This document shows, one piece after another, positions 1-12,877 of a stretch of 64,000 bases of DNA. Under the pieces are notes generated by a model, which worked only from the letters and a program-made list of their open reading frames with translations, was not told the origin of the DNA and searched no databases. The position numbers and the translations under genes were made by a program. Numbering within the stretch: the first letter of the stretch is position 1; each line of letters starts with the position of its first letter. Source of the DNA: Sarea resinae. Taxonomy: Eukaryota. The stretch covers positions 248,001 through 312,000 of the forward strand of contig JAPEUD010000015.1 in NCBI GenBank assembly GCA_026026165.1, read 5' to 3'.

Positions 1-3000
1 GCTATATGTTCTAGGCCGCGGTATTCTTATACGTCTCGCCAAGAAAAGTGGTTGGTCTGTTGGATGGGAGAGTCTAGGAGATGGATATGCCGAGAAGGGT
101 GCGAACTTCGAGGAAGTCAATCTCGAGGGGACCGATACTCCCGTCCCAGAAAAATCTCGGGATGCCGTTCCCACGGAATACACTCATAGAGGGGTACTGG
201 ACAAGACACTCGGCGCCGCACTTTCTGGGCGGGACGACTTTTTTGCGCTTTACGAAGTGAGGACCCTTGTACTCAGATTGAATCTAATACTGATGAGTGT
301 TTTAAGGTCCTCACCGATATGGCTCTGAGACATTACACTGTAGCTGATCGGAGTAAATCCATCGAACAGCTTCTAGCCGATATGGCTGTTCATAAGTTGT
401 GAGATGTGCGGCCCCTCTTCTGCAACTAGACTAATTCTCTTTAGCTCTCTAGGAGACTATGCAAGTGCTGCAGCGTACTTTCATCGACTGGCTTCTGCAT
501 ACGCTGAGAGTCGATGGAATCTACTTGAGACATCTATGCTGAAGATGTACGCAAAGTGCCTCAAGCATCTGCATCGAAAAGACGAATATGTCCGTGTGGT
601 TTTGAAACTACTCGCTAAAGCTGCTTCCAGAGAGAAGAGAGAGATAACTCGTAGAGGAAGTTTGTATAAAGGAGCCCACCAAGACAATAACATGGACGAC
701 TGGCTGGACGACGATGCCATCGATATCGAAGGGTACCTGGAGGATATTACTATCCACGCTCGGGAGCTACCGTACGAGATATCTGCCCCAATGGAGCAAT
801 ATTTTGCGCATATCAATGTATCCCAATACCCTCAGCATTACGAAGACCATGACGGTTTTCAATTACAGCTCGAGTTCCGACACATTTTGAGAGTGACCCT
901 CGAGATTACTAGCGCAAGAGTGAGGCTTGTTAGCGCAACAGGGTCCCAGAGCCAAGAGATATGGCTTGAAAGTGAAAAAGAGACGATTGCAGCACCCGGG
1001 CTGGTGAAATTGCTAATTGGTGCAAATGTGAGTATCTTGATCTCCTTGTACAACATATGCTGACCGTCACAGGTCACGACTCTGGGAAATTACACTGTCG
1101 ATAAGATTGTTCTGCAATCTCACAATCTCACGTTCGTCTACGAGGCTCCCTCGAAATCTCCAAGCTCAACACCGATAAATATCTCGGGTTCCACATCTGC
1201 TGCTCTTGTCGGTCTGGCGAAGAGAACTCGCATCTTACTGTATCCTCGGCCAAGCGCCCTCGAAGTCAGGGTAACGCCCTCTAAGACACTTCACATTGAC
1301 AAGCAGAAACCGATAGAGGTTGAAGTATCAGCCGGCTGGAACACAGTCATCTCTGCGGAACTTCGCATACGATCTGCTTCCGCCGGGTTGAGACTTCGAA
1401 CGGCTGATACGTTCCTGCTGCATGATGGCGGTCCTCGCATCACCGACAAGTTGCAAGCTGGCCTCGTCAGCTTTGGAGAACTTCGTGCTGGGCAAACCAT
1501 GAGGATGACGATTCCGTACGACCTGGAGAATGATCTCAACGAGCTATCATTCAAGATAGAGGTTATTTATACCACCGAGAAGGGCAGGTTCGTCTACCTT
1601 TGCAATCCCACTGTTTCGATCATTCTTCCCCTTGGTGTCAGCGTCCAGGACGTGTTCAAAAGTAGCGCGCTCTTCTCCCGATTTACGATCAGCGCTGGTG
1701 CCATCATTCCTCTCCAGATCCTGGAAACAGAGCTGAAAGGCTCGGAAAGCTATTCTGTCACCTGCGGACTTCCCGTACCATCTACATCACTGGTGTTCCC
1801 CAAGCAGGCCCTTTCACTTGTGTACAAAATTACAAGGAAACAGAATACGAAGCATTCTACATCTCCCACGGCGTTGGCACTAGCAATCGACTACAGCTGC
1901 TTGGACGAAGACGCTCTTCTCTCAGTAGAGAACAATTTCACAATGGCCGTTCAAGATAGTCCTTTTATAGATTTGTCACGTCTCCTCTCGACATCGCTGC
2001 GATCCGGCTTTCGGGAGAGACTAGTTGCACACGAGCTTGAGGCTTTCGGCTTGACGGGCGAAATACGGCTAGGCGCATACGAAGCTTTGCGGTGGGAGGA
2101 AACACTATCAGGCCTTCAGAAAGACGTCCGAGATGGTGTCCGAGAGTGGCTTACGAATTGGCACGAGAGCAATCCTTCGATCCCACTATATCCTCCTACC
2201 TCTAACCCTACGGCTACCTCGAGTTCCACCGGCTCCTCTGCTCTAAATACCCCAATCACAGCCCCCTCATCAACCCGTAGAATCACCATCCCGGTGGAAA
2301 TCCCCCAGATTCATGTCCTGCACATTGCAGACCTGCACCTGATTTCCTCGCACGACCCTCCCGACTCCCAAAAACCTCTGGTTTCCACATCTACCTCTAT
2401 ATCTGCATCACCACGAGGACAACCGCCATCCTCCAAATTGGCAACAGCAGGCCAGATGCTGCCCGCCGAACTGCGAATCCGGCACACCCGCCGCTGGGCC
2501 CCCCATCCATTCCTCAAGAATGGTACGACCGAAAGGGGCGATGCAGCAATGCCAGCAGCAGAAGACACAGGGGCCCAGCATGCAAAAGATGCCCCTATCG
2601 ATTTCACGTACGAGATCCACGCCAACCCGGACGTGTGGCTGGTCGGCGGGCGACGAAGAGCGCGGTTCACTGCTCGCGAGGGCGAAATGCTTTTGTTCCC
2701 CATTACGCTGCTACCGCTGCGTCCGGGCCATCATCTTCTGCCTAGTGTTGAGATACGCCAGCATTTCCATGTGGCTGCTCCCGTGCCGGATTCCTCTGGT
2801 GCTGGTGCTGGTGCTGAGAAAGGCCTTCCTCAGTCTCAGTCTCAGTCTCAGGCGGCCGTCGGCCTGGGCATCTCCTCCCCTCTTTCTTCCCCATCCCCCC
2901 AAAGCCAAGTTCAAAACCACCAAGACAACCGACTCTCGCCACCAGCGCCTCATCTTCAACAACAGCAACAGCCAAATCAGCAACCACTCACGTGCGAAAC

Positions 3001-3190
3001 GCACCTCGCCTCCCAAGCAGACGTCGTCCTCGTGCTCCCGGATCTGGCCTCCACGACCGTCGGGCTCGATCCCGGCGGCGCGGGCAACACGACCTGGCTT
3101 GTCGAGTCCAAGGGACGGAGCGTAGGCGTGAGCGACCTGGGCGAGGTGGGCGCCGATGTCGGTGTCGGTGTCGGTGTCGGTGTGGAGTAG
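1..3190 (+). CDS. TRS130: TRAPP II complex subunit Trs130/TRAPPC10 (TMEM1 family); 5'-truncated by window edge, multi-exon
   Basis: ORFs 404-1063 and 1388-3190 join through short introns (e.g. gtgagt..ctgac..cag, about 1028-1072). Recognisable motifs: 'Y..SRWNLLETSMLKMYAKCLKHL.RKDEYV', 'LPLGVSVQDVFK', and the C-terminal 'YEIHANPDVWLVGGRRRARF..LLPLRPGHHLLPSVEI'. Confidence 0.85.
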
Positions 3191-3422
3191 AATTTCGTGT
3201 GCGGAGCTGTGCGGATTTTTCGTGGAGTGAGAGGATGGAGGAGGATAGAGGGAGAGTGCCGAGGAGAATCGCGCAGCACTTGAACCATCACAGTGTGGTG
3301 TCCTGCTAAGATCTATCTATCTATTTATACAGCCAGCCATTCGCCAAACGTGACAAGCGTGTGGCCGGATCTGATTCCATTCGACTCATCGATAGAAAAA
3401 TCAAGGGGACCTACGACACTCA

Positions 3423-3660
3423 TCGCATGGTGGAGGTCGTCGAAGTCGAAGTCGAAGTCGAAGTCGAGGTCGAGGTCGAGGTTGAGGTTGAGGTTGAGGT
3501 TGAGGTCGAGGTCGAGGACAGTAATGAGAACGAGGATAACGACGACGACGATGACGATGATGATGATGGGTGTAGATAAGTCTTCTATATCCATATCCAT
3601 AACCATATCCACATCCATAACCATGACCAAAACCATATATCCATACCCATAACCACAACC
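3423..3660. repeat. Compound microsatellite: (GTCGAA/GTCGAG/GTTGAG)n, (GAC/GAT)n, (CCATAT/CCATAA)n
   Basis: Hexamer and trimer tandem repeats directly visible. Confidence 0.9.
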
Positions 3661-4249
3661 ACCTTTGTCAATGAAGTGAACCCCCCTTTTCATACCCCCA
3701 CAACCTAACCCGACCCTCATCCATATGATAGATAGATAGATATCCGAATGTTCCAATCTTTCGTTCTACTGTTCTTCTTCTGTTTCATCTTCCTTCCCAA
3801 TTTATCTTCAAATCTTCATCTTTTGATTTCATTCATTGTCAAATAGCTACCCTGCCTTACTTACCTTGTCTAATTTACCCTATCTTTACTTAATCTATCT
3901 CACTGACCTTATCTTACTTGCTCCTCTTCCAACGCGACAAATCACGTGACTTTTTTACAAACGGCTGAAGCCCATTCGAGGCAATTCAGTCGGATCAATG
4001 ACCATTCTATAGGTACGAATGAAACAAACAAACAACACACGGTCCTTATCAAATCCGATCAACTGCAAGCGCATCATATTACATCACATTATATCACATC
4101 ACATCACATCACATCACATCACATCCAATCAAGTCAAGACCATATGAAGAGAAAGAGAACAATCAATTAAACTTGTAACGAAAAAGCTATCTCCAAAACT
4201 CCAAAAAGAACAAAACAAAACCAGTCCCCCTACAACACCCAAAGCCCCC

Positions 4250-4675
4250 CGAGCCTTTCAGCTATCACCGCGATCCAACCCAGGACACACCGTCCGTTCA
4301 CGTATTCTTGGCCAGAGAACACGATCCCGTCGGCAACACCCTAAGAAAGACCGCCTCGACCTAGCCGCCCTGACCTCTACGGCCCTCCAGACTAACCATG
4401 GGAACAAGACAAACCTCTTATAGGTTGGCCCCCAGAGCTAGCCATAGTTTCAAATCCTGCGGTCCACCTACGACCCTTACCCCTCGAGCCTTTCAGCTAT
4501 CACCCGCGATCCATCTCAGGACACACCATCCGTTCACGTATTCTTGGCCAGAGAACACGATCACGTCAGCAACGCTCCAAGAAAGACCGCCTCGACCTAC
4601 CGTCCTAACCTCTACGGCTCTCCCGACTAACCATGGGAACAAGACAAACCCTAGAGTTGGTCCCCAGAGCTAGCC
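4250..4675. repeat. Imperfect direct duplication of about 190 bp (copies about 4250-4443 and 4485-4675)
   Basis: Shared text 'cgagcctttcagctatcacc..ccgttcacgtattcttggccagagaacacgatc..aagaaagaccgcctcgaccta..gactaaccatgggaacaagacaaacc..ccccagagctagcc' occurs twice. Confidence 0.9.
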
Positions 4676-4845
4676 GATCCCCACCTCATCCTGACCGGAT
4701 GGCCGTCCTTGCTCCATCACGACAAGCCGAGGGGTGCACCTCCTCGACCCGAAGGATGGAGCCTTCCCCATAATCCAGGGCTGTTGTCAGCTGATAGTAC
4801 CACACAAGGAAGAAGGAATGGGGAGTAACAACGCAAAGGGAACGA

Positions 4846-5126
4846 TCCACCCGAAAGCCTCCGGTACACTCGAAAGTTTCCAGACAAGACTCCCCTTAGG
4901 GTGGACGTATGTAACGACGCGAAAAGCAAAGAAGATCGTTGCCTGAAGGCCCACCCGAAAGCCCCCGGTACACTCAAACGTGTCCCTTTGAGACTTTCCT
5001 TAGGGTGGCCATATGGGGATCAGCCACATGGGGGGAAGGAGGGGGTGCAACAACGAAAGAACCATAGACACACCCGAAAGCCTCCGGTACACTCGAAAGT
5101 GTTCAGTCAAGACTCCCCTTAGGGTG
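4846..5126 (-). repeat. Three copies of a hairpin-forming element of about 58 nt (4846-4905, 4951-5008, 5071-5126)
   Basis: Each copy reads CACCCGAAAGCC(T/C)CCGGTACACTC..AGACT(CC/TT)CCTTAGGGTGG and has terminal inverted repeats CACCC/GGGTG. Confidence 0.85.
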
Positions 5127-7399
5127 GACATATGGGAAGAATGGGGGTGTAACAACGGGAATCAAAAATCAAAAAGAACAAAAGAAAGCGCACCATTTTT
5201 AGCATGATTTTATCATTATCTGGGTTTTTTTGGCTTTTGTGTTTTCTGGGAAGTGAGAAGGAAAAAGGAAGGGAGACAAAGCAAAGAAACACGAATACTC
5301 ACATGGTGATTACCTAAAAGACGTCAGCAAAGGGATGAGAGCGAGAAGACTTACCGTTTTGTAGTGATCGATGGAGTCGAGACCGAATCGTATGCGACTA
5401 GAGAGAAGGGAAGACATGTTAGTGATGATGGAAGAGAAGACACATCGTGATGGTGGAGGAAGAAAGTACTTACATATGTATGTTGACAACGAATGTTGAT
5501 AGAAGGCGATGTGGTCGACGCGTCCGATAACGACGGGGAAGAAGGGACCTAATCTATATCACGATGGTAAAGCAGTACCAACACTCCTTACCTATAGGAG
5601 TCTGACGATGATAAAGGAAGAAGATACTTAGCTGTGTATGATGGCAGCGATGGGAGACGAGTACTAAATGTATGTCGGCCATGGCACGAATGCGTGGTGG
5701 GTGAAAGAGATGGCTTACCTGAATAGAAGAGAAACATCACAACGAGGTAAACAAAGCACCAAACCGCGTCAACAAAACAACACCGCAGCAAAGACAACAT
5801 CATCTTAACAATACGAGAAGGGAGTCGAAACAAGCCCAAATCTCACAATGTCTTCGATGAAGTCACCTATACCATGATGAAGTCTGATGATTGATAGAAG
5901 AGGGAGGGAGAGAGAGGGAGGGAGGACTCGATAGGTGGAGAAGCTCGAGATGCAGCGACCGGTTGATCAGGCCGGCCACCTCACTCGAGTTGCTCAGGGC
6001 GGTAAACAAAGATACAGAAGGCAATGAAATCAAAAGAAGAGGAATGAGAGTAAAAGATAATAAGAATGATGACAGTGATGAAGAAGAGAATGATAATGGG
6101 CACAAGCAATGATCCGAACGGACTTAGGATGAAACCCCATTGCTGCATCCCCAGGCGGGGATGTGTGCCTGGAGGAGAGAAAACAAAAGAGGAAGAGAAT
6201 TGCCAGGACGGGCGACGCAACCGGGGTATTTACGTCCATCGCCCCATCGCCCCATCGCCCCAGCGACCGAGGTCCTGACTGGATGAGTCAAATATTCACC
6301 GCGTGTATCTTGTTGACGATGGTTGCTGGGCGACGGTCGTGTTCGTGAGGCCAGAGAGTGAATGAGAGCTCAAAGTGGAAACGGGGTCCTTCCAAATTGG
6401 GTATGTTTGGAGGGGACCGTGACGAGTTGGGACAACAAAGCCTCCTTCCAAATAGGCGGACAAGCGTAGAAGGGCTCAGAAGGGGCGTATATGATTGGGA
6501 GATGCGCCGGTTACCTACGAGATCTGTCACTGGAAAGGGAAGCCATATGCAGAATGTGGCTTCCAGATTCGTTGTAAATAAGTTCATAAAACCCGAGAAC
6601 CCTATCATTGGCAAAACCATCCGTACATCCAGTAAGGTCACCCAATAAAGGAATCAAAATATAACTCGCATCGCTCAGTACAGCGCCTGCCAATCCACAA
6701 GACGTACCGCACGCATATTGAAAGCAAATGGAAAATTCCTTTATTACTCCTCTATACAAAGGGAGAAAGGGCAGTATTATTGCGAGTGGCAAGGGCATAT
6801 CAACATGGCAAACAACGAAGACCGTAGGTGCATTTATTATACGGCATCATCGTCTACTCTGGATGAAAAGGACTAACCGAAACAAAGGGGCGATGTAAGG
6901 AACAAAAGCTGCTAGTTGGCTAGCTGCCTTTTATTAATGTCTAAGTATATAGATCAAGACAAATTTAAAGAGACAGGGTCAGAAAAGAACGACCAAAATA
7001 TCTCCTGAAACAAAACAAAGACAGACTCCTGAACCCATGATGCCCAATAGAGGAAAATATAATACAAGATGATATGGTACATGGCAAGACGATGAAACCA
7101 AATGGAGCGCCCTGCTGACGATGCTGGATAATTTACAAAGAGTGAGACAAGAAGATGGTAAATGGACAGGTGAGAGGAAGGAGATAGATCAAAGGAGTGG
7201 GCGGGCCGGAAGAACAATGAATACTATGCTATGCTATCGCCGCTGCATCTACGACGCAAAATCAAAACACAGACACGTCAGCATACGGGACCAAGAACCT
7301 ACCGACAAAATCCAAAGCCAAAAAAAAGACAAGCAAAAGACCACATCGCCAACGAAAAAGGTATGGCTCAAAAAAAAGACAATACACCAGGAGCGATAT

Positions 7400-10300
7400 T
7401 TATCTCACCATCGAAGCGTTGAAAAGATGTCTCTGTTTATTCATCCATCCATGAGGCATATCTGTCCTACGTTGTAAAACCACGTTGTTAGTCTGCAGCC
7501 GGCTGCTGAGATCGTACCACGCGGTCGAGATGAATGCGTTTTCGCGCTGTAAATTCTCAATCGCTTTTTGGCGGTCGTCCTACAGAGAGAGAAGCTCGTT
7601 AACGGACAAGACTACTGCACACGACCAGCGTATGCTACGGACCTTGAGCTCTTCGGTCCGCTCCAATCTTTCCTTTTCAAGTTCACCATCTTCGGCACGC
7701 TTGAGCTTGTCTTGGAGTTCAGCGGTGAGGGCTTCTAGTTCTTCGATTTTCTGTACATGCATATTCTAGTCAGCCAGGGTAACGGAAGAGAATGAACTTA
7801 AAAGAGAAAAGCGCTTCGAAGCCCGCCTCGAGGTCTGTTTCGAAAGATCGCGATTCAGGATAGGCGATTGTGGCTCTGAAACATGGAGCATAGGAAAGAT
7901 GCTAGAGTATACCTCTGAATTGGCCGCGAGTCTGGAGCGAAGCTCGACGACTTCAGAAGCCAGTTCTGCAGGAGGTTCCGCATCGAGATCTCTATCGCCG
8001 CCAGAGGAAGCTTTGAGGATGTCGAATGACGCCTTGAGCTCGGTCTTTTCCTTGTCGCTTTCGTGTAGGAGATCCTTTGTGGTAGCGAGGTTCTTCTGGA
8101 TGGCATCCTTGTCTAGGAGAGTCGTGTTTAGCAGAGACTTATGGACATCTACTTCATCCTGTAGCTCCTTGCATCGTTTCTTCAGATGTTCGAAGTCGCT
8201 CAGAAGCCCAGCATACTTGCTAGGATTGGCCTGCTTGAGTTCCTCAAGTACGTCCAATTTGTCTTTATCAACGAGGGACACTGTATAACGTTAGCTGAGA
8301 ATCAAAAGGAAAGGAAAGGGGATATAATTACAGTCAGACTCCTTAGCGACTAGATTATGCTTGACGCTAGAAAGATTGGTCTCAGCCTCTTGTAGCAAAT
8401 TCTTCGTTTTGGCAAGCTCTTCCTCTGCTTGTTGAAGCTTCTCTCGGGTTTCTAGCAGGATTTTGGAACTGTTGCTTTTAGCTGTGAACACTTTCCCATT
8501 CCACAGTCCGGAACCATACCCCTCAGAAGCAGTGTCATCATTCACCGCTTGCAATTGAGATTCTAAGACGAGAACCTGCTGGTGGGAATCCAAATACTTC
8601 TTTTCGAAATTTGAGGCCTTCGACTTTGCGTCGTCCAGGAATTGCTGGAGCATGAAACCTTCGGCACGAGGCTCGGTCTTCAGCTTCTCGTTCTCCGCTT
8701 TAAGAGATAAATTTTCCGCTTTCCTAAAATTACTTAGCAAACGAACCCAGTAGAGAACATTATCCTGAGCAACTTGCAGGTCAGAGGCTGCTTTCTCGCT
8801 GGAGTCAAGCTCCGAATCCAAACTCCCATTGACTTGGTTCGGGACGTGGTCCGATTCTAGCTCGCGCAGGCGTTCTTGTTGTTCGTTGATGATGTCCTGG
8901 TCTCGAGCCATCTTTTCGTTGATGCTTTCCCATTTTTGAGTGTAGGCCATGTTATCGAACTCCAGAGTGCGTTTTATCTTCTGTAGCTCATGGATTTCTT
9001 GCTCTAGCATTGGTAGATTCTTCCTATATTCTTCATTGGTGAGTTGAAGACCATCACATTGATGCCTTAAGCCGTCAAGCTCCTTTAGGCGTTCATTGGA
9101 TTCATCGAGCTCAATGCGAAGCGTTTTGATCTCCTTTTCGAGATCTTTACCCGCCTCGAGTTTCTGCCTGAATCGTTCAGCCATATTGGCTTTCTTCGCG
9201 AGGTCATCTCGTTCGATCTTGATCTCGTCAAGCTCGTCCCGAAGTTTCTGCGCACTGTTGGCAGAAGCTCTAAATGATTCGACCTACAAGTCGTTAGCAT
9301 ATTCCTGAGCTCTTGCAGTGGCGTACTTACAGTCTTTTCTAGCGTTTCAGTTTTAGACTCTGCGATGGAAAGCTTGGCTTCTTGGTCGGCTATGGTATCT
9401 GCCTGCCGTTCGCTGCATAAATTTTAGCTATGTCTTGTCACTGTTGGACGAGTGTACTCACATTTTGAGATTCAGCTCCCTTATCTCGGGATCATGAGGC
9501 CCTCTTGTAGATTTGAGGCTATCCTCCGCTTCGGTCAACTGCTTTTGTAGAGTATCCTGCAAATGTTAGCCTTGAGCTTGATAACTCGATCTGGAAAGTA
9601 CTTACATTATTCTGCTGCAGGTGCTCCAAACGCTTGTGCAGGTTATTGATGTCTTTTTGGAGCCCCTTGTTGCCTTTCGCCAAGTCATCCTTCTCTCGCA
9701 TGACCTTTCCAAGACGTTCTTCAAATTCGAGCTCTGGATCCATGGCGGGTGACTTGACATCTGACCTTGATGTCATTTCAGGGGAAGCACTAGACGCAGT
9801 ATCTTCGTTGGTGGCTCCCATCTGTTAACGTTAGCGAAAAGCCCAATAGACCTGTACTGCAGGGCCAGTATGACTTACATCCTCTATAATGTACTTGATC
9901 GAAGTCTGCGTCGGAATGTCCAAAGAGGCCAATTTCTCAATGTTTTGTTTATTTGTCTTCGGCGAGTTAATTGCTGCCATAAGGATAATTTTGAGTAGCT
10001 GGATAACACCGGGATTGTTAGCTCTTGTTCTCTGTAGTGGAATGGGGCCTACCTTGGTGGTTTCCTTCGGAGACCCCTCCATCGCGATGGCTTTTAGGTC
10101 CGGTAAACCATCTTCAGGCTGATGAAGCGCATCGTCGCACTCATCGCGGATATAGCAGGTGACGGATTTGCTTATCCGTTTGACTGTAAAAGTGTTAGCG
10201 GGGTTAAAGAGAATGGAACGAAACCTACGATTTTGCCATTTTGGCAACCAATTTGTAGAAGTTTTGGCCTCTGGCAATTCGCCTTTGAAGTATTCAGGGT

Positions 10301-10571
10301 CGATTTGGCCTATGTCTTCCGTTAGCAGCACTCTAGCCACAAAGGGCTCAGACCCTCTGGAATCTCCTGGCAACTCACTCAAGATTGCCCATAATATAGA
10401 TCCATCGTTCAAACCGCCCAGTGTATCGACCTCCTCCGGTAAGGGAAAAGTATTGACCTAGTTTGCGTATCGAGTCAGTCATTGGGATCAGAGCAAGCCT
10501 GTGACGCGCTATCTAGCAGAGTTACTTACCCATTGCAGGAGCGCTGAACCAGCAGCGGGGTCAGACACCAT
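7400..10571 (-). CDS. Hook family microtubule/dynein-endosome adaptor (HookA/Hok1-like), multi-exon
   Basis: Start MVSDPAAGSALLQW, then a Hook domain ('LNDGSILWAIL..IDPEYF..NWLPKWQN'), long coiled coils, and the fungal Hook C-terminus 'LQRENAFISTAWYDLSSRLQTNNVVLQRR'. Stop at 7400-7402. Confidence 0.85.
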
Positions 10572-11336
10572 GATCGCGACTAGATTTGAGGATTGCTGAA
10601 GTTTGTCAAACTATTTGAGAATCAGGCAGGGAAATGGAAAAAGAAATGGCATAGTGAGGGGATGCGGTGTTTGGAGATAGGCAGGCAAGGACGTAATTAT
10701 ATTCCGGAGGCCATAGTCGCGACTCGACAAGACCCCTGTTCAGCAAGCTCGGTGGAGCCGAGGGAACCGCCACGGGTACAAAGAACGATTGTTATGGTGA
10801 TGGCCGAAGGACAATAGCAACAATGACATTCTCTCTATTCATAGAATTGTAGACAATACGTAATTGATGGTCCTTTGCCCAGGCTGCTGAACAATACCAT
10901 TGTCGTAGAAGGACTACAACAAAGAACTAATGGAGCGCCTTGTCCGAGCTGATTCGATACGTGCGCTGGGGTGTTCAATGTCTGAACAGAGGATTATCAC
11001 ATCTTGTTCATCGAAAGATGAAGAACACGGCCAACATGCGCATAGCATAGACGTGCAAATATATGTGTAGAAATGAGTGATGACTCTATAAACTGTTTCG
11101 TCCAAAGTAACACTATCAAGAAGATGACCCTAGAGAGCGCTCGCCCTGCCAGCCATATCCAATTTATACCTCTGTACTCCGATAGCGCCTCCCCTTTCAT
11201 TCCGTCTAACCCTCATCGTCCTTCGAATCCGTTTTTCATTCCAAAATTATCCCTCATGAAACATCCGAACGCACCGATAAGCCAACAGGCTTCGAATCGC
11301 TTCAGGCCTGTGGGTGAGTGCCCACGGGACCAGCGA

Positions 11337-11817
11337 TCAGTGTCCATCATTTGCGATATACATCGTCTGATCCTCTTCGATGGTTGGGTTGTATTTCGTA
11401 TTCAGCGTAGAGACGGTCTGCAACGCTTGCGCCGGAGCTTTGGCGGCAAAAGCCCTGGATGGTATTATTAGCATACAAGCGGCTGGCACACTCCCTTGGG
11501 TGGGTGTCTCGTCGCATACTTGATGAGTTCTGCGGAAGACGTTAGTCACTGACTGTCATCGGAGCGAGCTTAGCGGATCACTTACTGTATTCATGTGTGA
11601 TTACGCCTCCCTGCGCGGTGATCTGTGAGCTTCGATAGTCCTGCAGCCATATCGATGGTAGTTTGCTTACTGCAGATCGGATTGCATCCATGGCTTGCGC
11701 CATCACAGAGGATGGAGTGTCGTTTGGATAGGTCACGATAACGTCCTTCTGCGATGCAGAGCCAGACACGGCGACCGCGAGAAAGGCGACCAGACAGAGT
11801 AGGAAGACGAGCTTCAT
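11337..11817 (-). CDS. Small secreted peptidase inhibitor I9 / subtilisin propeptide-like protein; 4 exons including a 10-nt micro-exon (11520-11529)
   Basis: Signal peptide MKLVFLLCLVAFLAVAVSG, then spliced 'DVIVTYPNDTP..AIRSA|GGVITHEY K|LIK|AFAAKAP..TIEEDQ', which matches the I9 pattern. Confidence 0.8.
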
Positions 11818-12877
11818 GGTGGCCGGATATATGATGCGGTATCTATGATCTGAGATAGAGATATGTATCGATGGGTATGAGGAGGAAACGAGGATGGGGA
11901 GTCTTCTTGTGATCGTAATGCGATTGTATAGGTGTGGTCGTGGGGTGAGAGGAGCAGGAGAGCGCACGGAGAGAGCCTTGAAGGCGGCCGGCCGGGCAGC
12001 CCTGGAGCTGGAGGGCAACTTGAGACTGTTTGCGGATGACGTCCGAAGCGATTGGGTTAGTACTATGGAGTACAAAAGGAAGTACCACTTACGTACTCGA
12101 GTACTGCAGTACGCCGTAGACGGTGCTGACTCATCATCAACCTCTCGCCTCGCTTACTCCGGTAGACGCCTTTGATGATTCTCTTGGCATTTCGCATCTC
12201 GCATTGTCTTCAACCGCCAGCTAACCTCCAGCTTAAGTAAGGTGGTCGGTCGTAGCAGTACTGCCCTGCAGCCATCGCCAACTTTCTTTGCCTCTCTTGC
12301 CTTCGTCGCCATCACTTCTCCCCTTTTCTCCTCTACTTTTCGTTCTGAATACGTGCACACACACTCTCGCTCTCCCTCCGTTCAAGACTCCCTTGCTGTC
12401 TGATCTTTGACACCATCCACCTCCCACGACTGCCACTATCTAGAACTCCATCTCTCTTCTTCCGCGGCTGGGCTGGGTCTTGGGGGACGGGACTGTGCAA
12501 AGCTTGACGGGCTGATTGACGAGCGGTTGGTCGCCTGGTCGCACTGTGTGGGCTGGAGGAGGAAGTCTTCGTCGCTGCTTTGAGATCAACACTGGTGTCT
12601 GTGCTTGTGCCGTTCTTTATCGAGCCTTTTGAACTTAGTTAGCTACGATTCAAAAAGCATCTTGATATTTGTCCGTGAGAAAGAGGAAGGGCTCTCAGTC
12701 CCGGTTTCATTGAGAGAGCGAGAGCGAGAGAGACAAAGAGAGCGCGCAGAATCAAAATCACAGCGCATAGCTAGCGACCGTTCAGAATCCTTCATCTGAT
12801 CCAACGGGGCTTTGACTTGAGCTTTCTGCCTCGATATTTAACCTCTAGCCAGTGCCTGAGATAATCTACAGCCCATC

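Noticed and set aside
3293..3756. ORFs with VE/LD/RS/GY dipeptide runs
   Set aside because: They are products of microsatellites that are open in several frames on both strands.
4846..5126. Hammerhead or twister ribozyme
   Set aside because: The catalytic core consensus (CUGANGA..GAAA for hammerhead, or the twister pseudoknot motifs) is not present on either strand.
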